Shown here piece after piece: positions 61,701 to 64,000 of a DNA stretch of 64,000 nt (the stretch's first letter is position 1; each line of letters begins with the position of its first letter). Both the position numbers and the translations under genes were made by a program. Location: contig OZ176055.1 in NCBI GenBank assembly GCA_964247055.1, positions 3,782,001-3,846,000 on the forward strand, in the 5' to 3' direction. The DNA is from Paragordius varius (Eukaryota; Animalia; Nematomorpha). The notes below the pieces were generated by a model, which saw nothing but the letters and a program-made list of their open reading frames with translations, was not told the DNA's origin and ran no database searches.

Positions 61701-62282
61701 AAAATTTTTATGTATAATTTATATGATAGATGTTGATACCGTAGTAGTGAATTATACGATAAATGTTACAAGAGAATTGTTTGATATGGTGAATGAGCCA
61801 ACTGTCAATGCTATCATAGATGCTCTGGAAGAATGTTTGAAACAAGGACACATTTACACTGCACAAATTTTAGAGAAAGGTATAAATTCAAATTTGTTCT
61901 TTGATGGAAATATTTGAAAAAATATTTTGTTAATTGTTTTATCTTAACTCTTAAACATGGAACTTAAATGTATACTTGGGTAAATTAACGATTCCCATTT
62001 CAACAACCAAACTATAATAGATACAATGCATCTTTTGATTTTTATTAACGCACACAAGAGTAATTTATTATTATAGGGTTTTTCAAGAATTATATCATTA
62101 ATGAAATATATTTTTGAATTTATACATTATTTTAGATTCAAACTTAAAATCTAAATTATCGAAGAATCACGGAGATTGGATTCAGGAAGTGGTTTTAGTA
62201 GGAGGTTCTGTCAAAGTACCGCTTGTGTATGAGCGCATTAACCAATATTTTGAGAAAGCATGGCTACACTATAAGGATCTAG
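58745..62282 (+). CDS. HSPA13: Microsomal Hsp70 family member 13 (STCH), 10 exons visible, 3' end beyond window
   Basis: join(58745..58769, 58793..58988, 59013..59160, 59213..59354, 59515..59736, 60281..60451, 60694..60848, 61162..61264, 61730..61879, 62136..>62282). N-terminal hydrophobic anchor ..AAYFYQKYQPPPKPTIVGLDLGTTYS, VYDAKRFIG, SEPTAAA, IDIGGGTTD, GNNRLGGQDFN and QEVVLVGGS. The exon 7 donor is slightly uncertain. Confidence 0.9.
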
Positions 62283-62460
62283 GTATTAATTGTATTATAT
62301 TTAAAAAAAATTAAAAATACATTTATATGAATTTTTATAATAGAGAAACTAATAATGAATTTTATATGTTTCAATCAGAATTTCTCAATCATTCAAATCG
62401 TAAATGTTTTAAAGTTATACAAAAGTTTTATTTTTTGTTAGCATATGATACATTTTAGAG

Positions 62461-62640
62461 CAGGGGTACTTAAACCGCGACCCTTGGGCCTCAAACGGCC
62501 TTAAAAGTGTTTATTTATGGCTTTAAATTATTTAAATTATTTAACACACTCATTTAGATAATAATTATCTGCAAATTCAAGCAGGTATTAGATTTTTATC
62601 AAATTATATGGTGCAAATTTTTGCGGCCCTTTCAAATGTT
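62461..62640. mobile_element. hAT MITE fragment (right end not found, possibly disrupted near Helitron D)
   Basis: ttttagag|CAGGGGTACTTAAACC left TIR and internal gcggccct motif. Confidence 0.5.
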
Positions 62641-62715
62641 TTGCTAACATATCATAATTAGAAATTGTAAATATCGAAAACACAGGATATATAGCATATT
62701 TATTTTATTATATTA

Positions 62716-63842
62716 CTAGCGTAAATCTCGTGCTGCTACGCAGCACGAGAAAGTGCTTCGGACTTCTGGGGGGGGGGGGGGGGGTTTCGAAGTTTGGCTT
62801 TGAATGGGTCTACCGGTTTTCCGGTACCACATCAAAAAGTTACATGAGGAATCAGTTTTTAGCGGGTAGATCCTTACCCAGCAGCTATCATCAAAAAAAC
62901 GACTGACTTTAACAGGGAATACGTGGAATCCATATTGAATTTTTACGGTCTCATACCTAGGGTGAAAAATAGATTTAAAAAATTATTTTTGTGGACTTTG
63001 TTTTTTTTTGAAAAAATGGCATTTTACGGGGGGAGCGGGTAAAAAGAGGTCCTAAATCAAAAAAGTGAGACGACTATGTTCGGCGCGATCAAAGATAGGT
63101 AAACAAAAATCATATTTGAAATTGAATGGTCCTACACGTTCTCCAAAAAATTGACTTAACCCATTTTTCACACGGGGTAGGACCGAACTGGGGACCTAAT
63201 TCCAAACAGGGGGCGAAGCTATTGTCGGGGCATTCATTAATGATTAAATTTTTTCGATATTTGGATTTGATTGGGTTCACCGATTTTCCGGAGACAGATC
63301 ACAAAGTTACATGAGGAATCAGTTTTTAGCGGGTAGCTCCTTACCCAGCAGCTATCATCAAAGGAAGGCCTGACTAAAATTTTTGCCTTTTAACAGGGAA
63401 TACGTGGAATCCATATTGAAATTTTACGGTCTCATACCTAGGGCGAAAAATAGATTTAAAAAATTATTTTTGTGGACTTTTTTTTGAAAAAAATGGCATT
63501 TTACGGGGGGAGCGGGTAAAAAGAGGGCTTAAATTAAAAAAGTGACCCGACTATGTTCGGCGCAATCGAAAATAAGTAAATAAAAATCATATTTGAAATA
63601 GAATGGACCAACACGTTCTCCATAAAATTGTCTCAAAGACACGATTTTTGTGGACTTCTCTTTTCAAAAAAACCGTTTTTCACACGGGGTGGGCCCGAAC
63701 TGGGGGCCTATTTCAAAAAAGGGCGAAGCTATTGTCGGGGCATTCATTAATGATTATATTTTTTCGAAGTTTGGATTTGAATGGGTCTACCCGTTTTCCT
63801 GTACCAGATGACAAAGCCAGCATTTTCCTAAAAATATATAGA
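62716..63842 (-). mobile_element. Chimeric/tandem Helitron, copy D, in an HSPA13 intron
   Basis: Same TC-side terminus as A and B (63842), but a different CTAG end (62716-62719) with a perfect 11-bp hairpin TCTCGTGCTGC-TAC-GCAGCACGAGA. Followed by G17 and then tandem copies of the terminal ~500 bp. Confidence 0.8.
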
Positions 63843-64000
63843 TTAACAATGATTTACAATTGATCATAACGACCTTTTGTTAACACTAATTGACATAGCG
63901 TTCTTTGATTGTTTTGTAATGATGTGATTTAAGAATAGAGTCTTTTTAAAAAAATTATAAAATTTCGAAATCTCCTTTTAGTCCATTAATCAATCCTATA

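Noticed and set aside
1-64000. Assignment to a specific taxon (myxozoan, dicyemid, orthonectid, nematomorph, etc.)
   Set aside because: Composition and micro-introns are compatible with several derived lineages; phylogeny of WDR3, HSPA13 and AFF is needed.

Overview
Very AT-rich eukaryotic (animal) genomic DNA; no rRNA, tRNA or CRISPR seen. All homology calls are from recalled family motifs plus hand-checked exon phases, not database searches. Genes reconstructed: an intronless class A GPCR (8623-9702, -); UBXN4 (7 exons, -) and RBM7 (2 exons, +) head-to-head with only 50 bp between their ATGs; a 66-aa secreted-peptide ORF; a 13-exon AF4/FMR2 (AFF/lilliputian) gene (19513-30139, -); a Lys-rich orphan gene; an 18-exon WDR3/UTP12; and HSPA13/STCH, which runs off the right edge. 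The rest is a dense mix of transposons: four copies of a non-autonomous Helitron, hAT, CACTG, piggyBac-like and foldback-type MITEs, and decayed RTE, Gypsy, Penelope and hAT coding remnants. Two patterns stand out. (1) In UBXN4, WDR3 and HSPA13 the first two introns are ultra-short (21-24 nt) while every later intron is 52-1517 nt, the reverse of the usual long-first-intron rule. (2) The AFF coding exons are packed with palindromic transcription-factor-type motifs (22 exonic CAGCTG in all three frames, plus RFX X-boxes, TGACGTCA, CACGTG and TGATTGG) that are nearly absent from its introns and the rest of the window. The micro-introns suggest a highly derived invertebrate, but the taxon cannot be fixed from this window.
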